A stretch of DNA of 63,246 nucleotides, the filler included, from Cercozoa sp. M6MM (taxonomy: Eukaryota > Protista > Endomyxa: Ascetosporea), in assembly GCA_040357565.1 (NCBI GenBank). It is 10 parts of 10 records of this genome, joined end to end, with 100 filler letters (N's around TTAATTAATTAA, not from the genome) between each part and the next. Parts side by side here need not be neighbours in the genome. Positions count along the whole stretch, not along the records: positions 39,766 to 41,471 come from JBDODJ010001948.1; positions 41,572 to 46,542 come from JBDODJ010001007.1; positions 46,643 to 56,609 come from JBDODJ010000461.1; 7 more parts are not named here. One strand, 5' to 3'. Below are positions 40,244-53,275 of this stretch, piece after piece. The number at the start of each line of letters is the position of its first letter. Positions within the stretch are counted from its first letter, which is position 1. Position numbers and translations under genes: made by a program. The notes under the pieces were generated by a model, which made no database searches, had not been told where the DNA came from, and saw only the letters and a program-made list of their open reading frames with translations.

Positions 40244-40308
40244 TCTTGTGACCCACCCCGAACTGGTGCTGGGGAACTACTTAGTTGGTTTCCTATAAGA
40301 CTCAACTA
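40244..40308 (+). mobile_element. AACT-tail retroposon, 65-bp 5'-truncated copy with 15-bp TSD
   Basis: ACTGCCTGGTAACCG (40229-40243) / ACTGCCTAGTAACCG (40309-40323); body matches 42110-42176. Confidence 0.85.
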
Positions 40309-40418
40309 ACTGCCTAGTAACCGATCCGAGCGCAAATTAAAACCAAACTTGACTCGGACTCGGGAGTCAGTTCAACTGATTAAATCATAGTGACTCAAAT
40401 GATGATAGAAGCGCTTGT

Positions 40419-41471
40419 CTAAGCGCAACAGTCGGCGATGGTGACACCAGACATGGACGACAGCGTCGATTTTGCCGACTACAGTGTAAGTGCATATTGA
40501 GGTATCGGTGTGTATACAAGTGTGCTTGTCAGTCGACACGACACATCAAGTTTAGCTACCGGCAAAAGAACACGGCGAACCGAGAAGAGGTAGTGACCGA
40601 CGGCACAAGCGATGCACACGGTCAAGAAGATACCAACGTTGTAGGTCATTGCGACCAACTGCACACGCACACGCACCACAATAAAATCCACACGTGACCC
40701 GTCCAGAACAGCAAAGTACAATTGTGTACAGCACTAGTGTGGCTACCATAAGCAAGTAGGCCACGCCTAGCGACACGCCGTACAGCGACGAGTCGATCGG
40801 TGACAACGGGTACGCAAAGTACCAAGGAAGGTCACAGTGCTGTGCAGGACAACGGACACGTGCACAACATAGGACAGCGAATCTCCGAATCAAGCATGCA
40901 GACGACTATGTCGGACTTGACTTACACTCACAGCGAGAGCTTCGCCTGTTCCGAGCCCATCTATAGAACAGTGCTAACTCGCCTAGTCACAACAAAACAA
41001 ACGGAGAGGGTCGCCTACCTTCGCAACCGTCGTTCGCAGCCTTGCGAAGACTGTGACCCAACTCAGCACGGGCAGCGCGGAAGCCCGAAAGCCACTCGCG
41101 TGACATACACTGCGTCGACAGCAAACAGGTGCATTCAAACAAGACACACCACACACACGCGCAACTGAGTGCGGTGTACCAACAAGCTTAAAATGACGAT
41201 CGAGAAGAAGTAGTCGCGAGACGACATCACATGCCAGAATTCAAACAAAATCGTCACTTGCACACCCTAAACACCACAACAAATCAAATTTGGGTCCTTT
41301 TTGCAGTTGCAACTGCGAACTACGAAATGCGTCAAAATGCACCGTGTAGAACGTCATCTGCATGCCCGGTCCGTGGTCGTGGTCATCGCCATCATCGCCG
41401 TGGTCGTGGTCGTCTTGCAGCTGCGCACAGGCAGGAACAGGGTGTGTGATTTGCTGTCCACTTTCTTTCCG
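40419..41471 (-). CDS. Ctr copper transporter, 5'-truncated
   Basis: His-rich HDHGDDGDDHDHG..MQMTFY, FEFWHV, AYLLMLVAMTYNVGIF (MxxxM motif), GHYLF, C-terminal DCCA. Confidence 0.9.
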
Positions 41472-41571
41472 NNNNNNNNNNNNNNNNNNNNNNNNNNNNN
41501 NNNNNNNNNNNNNNNTTAATTAATTAANNNNNNNNNNNNNNNNNNNNNNNNNNNNNNNNNNNNNNNNNNNN

Positions 41572-41632
<61 letters not shown>

Positions 41633-42015
41633 ACCCACAGCATGTGATTGAACAAAGCACATTAAACATACGAAATGTCATTCAATGGCGATGTCTTGTG
41701 TAGCTCAAGGGAAACGCGTTTTCCCTGCTCGACATCGCTCATGCTCCTTGTACAGTCCAGGATAGGCTATGTCGTGCGTGCGGGTGTGTAGCTGCTCTCA
41801 AAAGTACACGAGCACGACTGGGACTGCCACTAGTGCACGAGCGGACAACTCGAGTCAGAATGAATACTGTCCAATCTGAAAATTGGCGGGACCGAAGGCC
41901 CGGAATCTGCACTACGTCGCTTCCCACCCACGCCGGAGTTTGTGTTGTATTATTCTTTCATTCCAGTTTGGCTTCTCGGTTGTCTCAGCGTGAGTTTAGC
42001 TAGTCAGCACGGGAC

Positions 42016-42176
42016 CTGCACCAACCATGAAGTCGACTTCGGTGTCTGGGGAACGTCAAAAGGGGAGTTGTATGGTCCTACCCTAAGCGGGCGGTAGACA
42101 CGGCCATGCTCTTGTGACCCACCCCAGACTGGTGCAGGGGAACTACATAGTTGGTTTCCTAGAAGACTCAACTAAC
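42016..42176 (+). mobile_element. AACT-tail retroposon, 161-bp copy with perfect 12-bp TSD
   Basis: TCAGCACGGGAC at 42004-42015 and 42177-42188; 3' GGGGAACTAC-ATA-GTTGGTTTCC stem-loop plus AAGACTCAACTAAC tail. Confidence 0.88.
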
Positions 42177-42235
42177 TCAGCACGGGACGAAACGAGTAGC
42201 CAGCTAGCGTAGCTGAACCAAGAACGCCGGTCGGA

Positions 42236-43730
42236 TCACAGGTTGACAGGGAAGTTCAGTTTGTGGCGGTTGCGACGATGGACCGACTCTGCCGCCGCTG
42301 ACTTTGTCTAAGCGACAGGACAGCGGAGATATTTTCATAGACAGTGGCAATGCGCAAAAGTACCTGAAATTCAGAGCGTGCTTCTGCCGAGAGAGAGGCC
42401 AAAAACTGTGTACGTTCTTCCTATGGAACGAATCTCGCATAAACTACATTAAGGGTGTGTGGAAACTGGCTGTTTGCTGGTACCTCAGACTTGGGCAAGA
42501 AGACACCCGTCAGGAGCTCGACAAAATCGTACGAGAATCCCAGCTGAACAAACTCCTCTGAGTGAGTAAGTGGCAAAACCTTAAACCTTAATCGTACCTC
42601 CTCTTCATCGGTATGACCGTCCCAGAGATCTGCTGAGGGCGAAGCCTCCAGAATCGACGCAGGGACCTACGATGCAAATGCATACCAAAGATGGTACGTT
42701 AAGCCTTAGTGGAACAGCTCACCTTTAACAGTGCTCCCACCTTGAAAACCTAGGCGCACAGACGCACATATCCTTTGGACAACATAGAGAAGCACGTTTA
42801 CATGAGTACCTCAGACTTGTGCAGGTCAGAGATCAGCTGAACATCAACCACACCGTCCCCAGCCTTGCAAAAGTAGGCAAGGTAGCCGTCTTCGTCTTGA
42901 TTTCCCGTTCCGAGAACAACACACGGTTGACCTTGCGCCGACATGCTATACGTTCACGTACGACGCATGAGTACATGAAACATGAAAGAAACAATGCCAA
43001 GTACAGCTGCGCGGAGAAGTATGCGACCGGCGTGCGTAGGTAAGAACGCAGTTGACCACGAGCGAATTCACTTCCTGAGCCAACGCGTGTGCTGGTGATT
43101 TGGCACACAGCAAAGAAAAATGCGTACCTTGAGAATGAAACGCTGTTTGAACTCTCGCCTACACACACAAGGTACATGCAGTTGGCTAGGTTACAGGAGG
43201 ACTTACACAAAGAAGGTCATGAATATCGCTTTGGTCAACCACGACACACTCCGCACTTAAGGCCTCGCACACCTCTGCAACCTTCACAGTCTAACTTGTC
43301 AGAAACGCCAAATCTGAAACGCATGCGCAGCATACCCTTGCCGCGTTGGAGTGCCCAGTCAGACGAGTGAATCGGTTGGCACACGCCTACGACGCGCTCC
43401 ACTGGCGAATCCTCCTCCTGTACATAAAAAGGTAGGAATACAGTTGGCTGGTGCAAGTAGGAACAAAAACGTACCTGCTGCGCGTACTTGGCGATGGCGA
43501 GCGTGACGGCACTGTCTAGACCACCGCTGACTGACACAACGGAAGCTTTAAGGCCGCACCGGCGCATGTAGGCGTTAAACTTGGAACTTTTGTCATCCAG
43601 CTAAATCATGCGGACTCAAGTAGTAAACTGAGGCTACACAGGCCAAACATGAATGCCGTACCCAAGCCTGTGCGTCAAAGGCACGAACCTTGCGATATTC
43701 TTCCAGAGCACTCTGAAGTTCCGTGTGCAT
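42236..43730 (-). CDS. nadE: NH3-dependent NAD+ synthetase (single domain), 12 exons
   Basis: Full spliced ORF: VVSVSGGLDSAV, GQLRSYLR, GTGNQDEDGYLAYFCKAGDG, ISDLHKSEV, PSADLWDGHTDEEELGFSYD, HKL; no glutaminase domain. Confidence 0.92.
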
Positions 43731-43885
43731 GTTCCGTGTGTGTGTGTGTGTGTTGACCAATTTGAAACACTACAACGACCAAGAATTGCTAAGATGTTGT
43801 GTTGCCCTGGAGGTCTGAGCTGTGTTTAAGGCGGCGACTCTTAACCCCGCCGTTTGCGAATACTATCCAGCGTCAGTGTGCGTGG

Positions 43886-44883
<998 letters not shown>

Positions 44884-45556
44884 ACACATTGTTTTCTGAC
44901 CGAGGTCAACTGGGCTACCTCAAGTTATGTGCGACACGACCAGTCAAGGCGTCGACTGCGACGTACTCTGCAATGAGAAACGTCACACACACACACACAC
45001 ACACAGACACAGACACAGACACACGCAGACAGAAACAGTTTAAAACATGTCCACCTCGGTCAACGTTCGATGCGACCCAGTGCGCACACGCACATCCGCA
45101 CGGACGGGCCTACACTGATACAACCTTCACAGACCACATTGAGGTGAATTTACTCCTGCCAGCTGCCGAGCCAGCGCTTCGTCCGCGCGGACTCGCGTCA
45201 AGGTCAGCGTGTGCATGCATTGCGTATCACCACAAACCCACCTACAAATTAAACAAACAGTCAGACCTGATCGACAAAAACGCCAATGAAAACGACTCAC
45301 TCGGCACGGCAACAGCCACCCGGGAATCGTTCGCCTTGCACCAGGACCGCAAGCAGCGCGAAAATGACAAAAAGCCACTTCATTTAATTCAATACACAGC
45401 AAAAACACCGCAGATGCCTGCCGTGTGTCTAAGTACTCTCGAAAGCTCAAGAAATCACGGATTTTCTGATTCTTGACCAAGGTGTACCCATTGGCAAATT
45501 GGGATCGCGAAACACCGTTTCAGCACTGTGAAGCATTAGTGGTTGTGTACGAGAGG

Positions 45557-46466
<910 letters not shown>

Positions 46467-46709
46467 TACCACCTGTGTCTGTGTCTGTTCATAACTGTGT
46501 CTGTGTCTGTGTCTGTGTCTGTGTCTGTGTCTGTGTCTGTGTNNNNNNNNNNNNNNNNNNNNNNNNNNNNNNNNNNNNNNNNNNNNTTAATTAATTAANN
46601 NNNNNNNNNNNNNNNNNNNNNNNNNNNNNNNNNNNNNNNNNNTATATATATATATATATATATTCCACCTGTTTGTATACATTACATGCATGCATACTTA
46701 CTTATACAA

Positions 46710-48414
46710 GCAGGCACACCGAGTCGCCGATGGGCCGCAACTGGCGTCGCTCGTTGTCACTGGTGCCAATGTGCGTCGTGTGTCCAATCGGCGGTACACC
46801 TACCTTGCATACTACTTTGTAGTTTTACCCACCTCCCTCCGAGATAGATGCGCAAGCATAACACAAGCAGCTACGTGCGGCACGCAGCTGCAACAGCACG
46901 AAGAAACACCAACGAGAGTATTCGCGTGGTGTCCACGTGCGTGTGGTCTGCATGGACGGTGCGATACGCACACTGGTACCTTTTGACTGATTGTGCGAAA
47001 CGTGTCATGTGTGTGTCACGTGTGTGTGTCACGTGTGTGTGTCATGTGTGTGTCATGTGTGTGTGTGTGTGTGTCACGTGTGTGTGTGTACTTTGTGAGA
47101 GTAGGACGGTGTCAGTGCGATCGTGATCACTACGGCGACGCGTGCGAACACTCGACGCAGCTGCTGCTGCCGCAGCAGGAACACTCGGCCGTGTCGCCGC
47201 TGGCGGTGGCGCAGTGGCACGTGTTCCGAGTGCCGCGACACACCGTCCTGCCTACTGTCAACGCAACCGTCAACGCAACCGTCAGCGCAACCGTCGATGA
47301 CGGTATCCTCAGTACGCTCAGTGATCGCGGTCGTCGCAACCGTCGTCTGCGCGTGCGCGTGCGGAAACTCGGCAGCACGGGCGATGCCGACGTGTTCCTG
47401 CGCATGTCGACTGCGCCCACTCTGTACAACCGTCTCTCCCTGGGGTCTTGGTTGATCATCTGGTTGACTGACTGACTGATGGTCAGGCACGTGTTCGATG
47501 CGTCGGATCAGCGGTGCGAGCTGTGTCCGGCAGTGGCGCAGAAGAAGAAGCACGTGCCGCCGGGCGAACGCAGTGCCGCGCTGACGCTGGCCGAGGTGGC
47601 TGCGCGGCCGGGCGATCTCTTCGTCGGCGTGTACGGCTACTGCTGTCAGCGTGTGAGCTACCAGCTGGCTCTGGTGGTACCGCTAGATATATAAGATATA
47701 TATATATATATGTATATATGTATAAAGGTGTATGTACGTAGATGTATAATTAATCATATGTATGTAGAGCGAGTGTAAAGAGGGTGACGACTGGCACGAG
47801 TGCGACGCCTTGGACCTACCGTACGACAGTGATCGGGACACGAATGGTGTCACTGACGTTGTTACTGACGGTGTCACGGACGGTGTCACCGATGCTCTCG
47901 GTGATGATGACAAATGCCGCATACCGTCGCAGAACTGGGGTCGCGAGAAGCCGCGCGGCTTTGTGCCACCGGTACAGTCTCTTGTTCCTTGCACACCTGC
48001 ACACACCCATCAACATGTTGGTCTATGCAGGAACGCACGCCTCGACACACTGAGACGGTACTACATGCACCTGACTTCAGTGTCTTTGCAAGTGTGTACT
48101 TGTGTGTATGTTTGTATGTGTGTGCAGAACATGTCTGAGCCAGGTTACCCGTCGCAGGACGACAGGTCACTGTTGTGGCTGCTTCCGACGGCTCTACTGC
48201 TGGCTGCGATGCTGGGGTTCTTTTCACTCCGCATGTGTACTCGCGGGAGCCCGGACACGAGTCGCTACCTCGGTCTCGACACTCTGCCCGCTCAGCACGA
48301 TGGCGGTGAAGGTGCTTTTGACTCTGACAACACCGACACTGACCGAAGCGAGCACGACAGCGAGCACGAACGCGACCAGCTGCTGCCTGCGCGATTAAAT
48401 GAGGCGTCACCATG
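46710..48414 (+). CDS. EGF-like domain type I membrane protein, 5'-truncated
   Basis: GRCQCDRDHYGDACE, GDADVFLR..APT, LFVGVYGY, transmembrane LLWLLPTALLLAAMLGFFSL. Confidence 0.65.
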
Positions 48415-48625
48415 AAGCGAAGTCAAGTCTACGTTCGTCGTGTTAGTTACCTGTTCGCGTATGTTTCGTCTACACTCTACACCTACAGATACTGAAGAGG
48501 CACCTCAACAACTTCGCATACTTTAATCATATCTTGACGTGAGTAGAAATATGTTGCGGTCTCGAAACCGGTAACTAAGGTATTGAAGATTTGATCGTCC
48601 GCGCTGACGATCGCGAGTTAGTTTA

Positions 48626-49640
48626 TTACGCACTCAGTGACAGTGATTCAACTTTAAGGGTCGAGGTCAGATGACTGCAAGTGATGCGCAAGCGCGTTGT
48701 GCGCAACACGCGCCGCCTGCCGCACGCGACTGTCGGCGCCGCGTGTAGTGTACACCAGGTGCAGCTTGCGTAGCAGCAGCCTGGCAGCTTCCTGGGAGCA
48801 CTCACGTACGATGCTATCTGCCAGGTCTCGTTCGGTGCCGTACTTTTCCTAAATAATACAAATAATGGCATCCGCGCGCAAAGCAATAATTCAAGACCGA
48901 AATGAACCGAAAGACACTGCAGGAAGAGTTGCGTGGCGGTCTGGGTCTTTTTGAGACGCAGGTCGCACGCGCACAGGAGTGCGAGAACGTCGGCAAAGGA
49001 GTGCTGCGATTGCTGGTCACTGGCACGGACCAGGTCGCCGGCAGACGCAAGTTGACACAGTCGCTGCAGTGCCGGCAGCACCAGTCGCAGCACCGAGTCG
49101 GACGTGAGCGACATCGGACACTCGACCGGCACGTGCACCAGCGACTGCAGCAACTGCGACTCGGTGTCTGCAGTGTCGGCGAGCCACGTGGCTAGTGTCA
49201 GTGTCAGCACGCGCACGTGCTCCGTCCACGTGAGCGACGGTGCCACACGTGCCAACTCCAGAGTGAGCGCCAGTTGCTGCCATATTTGTACGTAGATAAA
49301 TTAAATACATATATGTATATTATTAATGTTTTTATATATTTATATATATATAATACATAGTACATGGTAGCACCAAAAGAAACGGCAATTGCTGCATACG
49401 TGTCTCCAGCACGTGGCCAGGCTGCGTCAGCAGTGATCGCACCGTCGACGGTGTTACTGAGTGATCGCAGGCACCACTCGCCTCGACGAGAGCAAACACG
49501 CGCGGCAGGAACTCACTGTGTCCCACGAAAAAGCTCTCGTCGCGGTGCCACTCGCATCGTTCCATTAGGCTTTCGATCAGTGTGTCCCTTGTCTCGCACG
49601 TGATGTTGCTTTGCAACAAGGCGTTCTGTAGTTTTTGACA
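48626..49640 (-). CDS. Hypothetical helical protein
   Basis: GC-rich coding-like exons (49332-49706 and 48626-49255) separated by an AT-rich intron. Confidence 0.4.
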
Positions 49641-50112
49641 TGCCACGAGGAACACGACCTGCCCCGCAATGCAAACACTGTACAAGTACCATGGGATTCT
49701 TGTCACTTTAGCAGCTTATATTTTGTTTTAGCACTAGTGGACTGCTCAGGAAAACAGAAACCACGTCTGACTATCTGTCACTCATCGTCTTTATTTTTTG
49801 TCCACTGGGACGAGCGCTCTGGGACAAATTTTGGCGCACGACTCAAGTTCGTTCCTATAGAGATACTTACGTTTGAACCAGGTGGGGTTTCCTATAGATG
49901 TGGTGATGGCTGGATAGCACCGTAACGCTCTTTGGCCGGGCTGGGTTGGGTTGTTTTTGGAGGCTTGGCGTCTGGGGTTGATTTGGGACCAGTTATGGCC
50001 TCCCAGTGCGTGTGGGTGTCGTGTGTAGCTCCTATAATGCATTTTGCCTGTGTTTGAGTCATGTTTGATGTTTGTTTTTGGTGTTTTCTGGGCAGTGAAA
50101 CACAGAATACTC

Positions 50113-50698
50113 ATGGCTGGCAAGGGCAAGGGCAAGCAGGTCAAGGCCGCTGCTCCCATCGAGGGCAAGAAGATGTAGCGCACAAAGATACTCCTGTGAT
50201 GTTGGTGTGCTGTGTATGTTGACGTGGTTGTGTGTGTGCGTGTTTGGCAGGACGCGCTCGGCGCGTGCCGGTCTGTCGTTCCCGGTGGGTCGTCTGTCGC
50301 GCTTCCTGCGCGAGGGTCGCTACGCGCCGCGTGTCGGTGCCGGTGCTCCGGTCTACGTGGCCGCCATTCTCGAGTACCTGTGCGCTGAGCTGCTGGAGCT
50401 TGCCGGCAACGCCGCTCGCGACAACAAGCGTCAGCGCATCGTGCCGCGACACATCCAGCTCGCCGTGCGCAACGACGAGGAGCTCAACCAGCTGCTGTCG
50501 CACGTTACCATCGCGCAGGGTGGTGTGCTGCCCAACATCCACGCCTCGCTGCTCCCGAAGGTATGTCCCTCTCAGACACCCCGCTGTGTTAATCCTGTGT
50601 TAATATGTATCGTTGTAAATATGTATCGTTGTATCCTACTGCAGGACAAGAAGAACAAGAAGAAGAAGAGCAAGAAGGCCGTCTCGCAGACCTACTAA
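50113..50698 (+). CDS. H2AX: Histone H2A, H2A.X-like variant with 2 introns
   Basis: [66 protein letters not shown]; C-terminal SQTY. Confidence 0.93.
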
Positions 50699-50910
50699 GC
50701 AAAGTCTCATGTCATCTGCCTCGAATTCGATACTCGCGAAACGAAACTGGCGTCGCTTGATATCCGTGTACATGGCGTGCAGCGTAGTAGCATAGTTCCC
50801 ATCACGTACCCAACAACGTTGTACAGTGTGCGCATTTCGACTGAAATAACGGAACTGAAGTGAAACTGACGTCACCATCGAACTGAAAGGCAACACGTTC
50901 GACCACAACG

Positions 50911-52924
50911 CTAATCTCGCTTGTACGGGATAGAGAGGCATTTAATGCCGAGGGCCTTGGTGATGTCAGCGATGCCGTAGATCACGAGGTGCGCGTACAG
51001 CACAAAGCACGCGAAACCGGCCGCTATGATCATCGAAAAAACACAAAAAATATCAAAAAAGAAACACAATTGTGTTGTGCGTGATACCACGAAGCAGCTG
51101 CAGAGGCTCGACCAGCGGCTTATCTGAGCATAAAAGCGGCATGGACAGCCAAACACCCGGTTTTAGGGAATACAGATGCTTATGTTTGGAAAACAACGCA
51201 CCGAGCCACAGGTTCAGCAGGAACAGAGCGTGCGGCAGCATGGACAGACGCACGGCACGGAAGGTCGACGCCGTCAGGTGCGCCAGCATGAGCTTGCAGG
51301 CCACGTTGCAGAACAGCAGGCCCAACGAGTAAAGCACGAGGCGACTAAGAGAATGTGAGCCAAGAGAGAAAACCGAAAAAAACGCAGCAAAAAATCCAAA
51401 AAGAAAAGACGAAAAACACACAGAAAAAGTGAGAGAAAGCTGCTACGTGTGCTCTTGGTCGAGGCCGCCGACGCCCGAGAAAATAACGGCACCACATGCG
51501 AACTGAGTGTTTTTTGTATTCGTTTAATGACCGAAACAAATACAAAAAAGTCAAAGTAAAGGTAGACGAAAGCTACCATGAACAGGAAGGGCGTCAGCAT
51601 GAACAAGGCTGCCGGCGTGTGTCGCTGCTTGCGCGTCCTCTTGAGGAAAGCCAGCACATTGGCCACGCTGTTCAGTCACACATAAGGTGTGGGGGTCAGG
51701 GGGATAAAAGGGTAGGGGATAAGGGGTAGGGGATCAAGGGGTAGGGGGAAAGGGATAAAGGACTGGGGGGGGGGGTAAGACTCACTTGATGCACAGCTGC
51801 ACGGCACAGGACACGACCATGGCAATCACCACCAGGTCCTTCACCAGCAGGGCGCCTTCTTCCTCTGGGACAGGGGGGAGGTATGGGGTACAGATAGGGG
51901 TAGGGGGGGGGGGGTTACCACCAGCCGTGTAGGTGATGACCCGCGTCAGCATGAACTGCGGTCCAAACACGGCCTGCGACAGCATGAGGGCCACCGACAT
52001 CAGCAGACCCTCGGACGGTCCATTAAAGACACCGAGGTTCAACTCGCCCACCCAGTACTCCTCCCACGTGGCGAATCTGCTCACACAGATTTACCCCCTC
52101 TGTAACCCATCTCTCCAACCCCCTCTTTACCCCCAACCCCATCTCCCCAACCCCCTCTTTACCCCCCTAGGTGTATACCCGAAAGCGAGCAGAGTGGTGG
52201 CCCACAGGGCGAACATGCCGCTGCCTTGACCGACGCGCAGACAGGCACCCACCGTCAGCGCTGTCACCTGTCACATGTCCGCGCGGATACTCTCACACCA
52301 AATAAAAAAGAAGCAGACGAATACAGTGACATTGACAGCATCGATTCCGTGGTCGAACAGCAGACCCAGCGGCGATGACGTGCCCGTGCGACGTGCCTAC
52401 CGGGAGGGGTAAAGGGGAGGAGGTAAAGGGGTAAAGGGGTAAAGGGTTAAGGGGGTGAAGTAGGGGGTTAAGGGGGTTAAAGGGGGTAAAACGCGCACCT
52501 GCTTGCCGTCCATGTTGTCCAGCGTCTGGTAGGCGAACACGGCCAACGCGCAGAACACGTAGCACCAGCGTGGCATGGCGCCACTCTGGGGGGGGGGGGG
52601 TAAAGGGGTGAAGGGGGGAACGGGGGTAAAGGGTAAAATACCAAATCCTCGCCGTCGACAAAGAGCAGCGTGACCACGTGCGCACTGACGGAGCACATCA
52701 GTCCGAGCAGAGTGACGACGTTGGGTGCCACCCACCTGGGCAGGAACTCCACCAGTGCCGCCGCCAGTGGCGACAGGGCCAGACGGTACATTATCGAGTT
52801 GTCGGCTCCCTTGTACTGTCCATGCACACTGCTGCTTCAACCGAGCCCAGCAAACAAGCTTGTTCTGACCTACCTGGTACTTGCGCAACGCGGCCGCCTC
52901 GGCCTCGCCGACATAAAAACCCAT
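50911..52924 (-). CDS. Choline/ethanolamine phosphotransferase (CDP-alcohol phosphatidyltransferase)
   Basis: [71 protein letters not shown]. Confidence 0.93.
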
Positions 52925-53275
52925 CGCTCAAACACAGAGGATTTAGTGTGTCCCTAGCTGTGCCCAATATGCCTTAGTGCCAGTACTACACGCTAGAAGT
53001 CCGCAGACGCCGCGTTCAAACGCACTCGCATTCCGGTGCTGAAAATTCGTGGCAGTTGGTCACTTCTCTTTCGATCGCGATCCATCGTTTAAAGAAAAGA
53101 ACCCAAGCATGTTTCGACATTTTTCCTAAATGATGATCAGTGGGCATATTTAAGGTTTTAAGACACCTTTGGACAGACTTTAAACCCTCAATCGAAGGAT
53201 TTTCGTCCACGATTAATTGACGTTGACAGTAACAGCAGGTACTCTGCGAAACTACGGCTAGAGTAAGCGGCTACA

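Noticed and set aside
47420-47486. Apparent non-canonical intron in the EGF-like gene
   Set aside because: Resolved by the upstream GTACAA donor, which gives in-frame PTLHVFDA; canonical GT-AG
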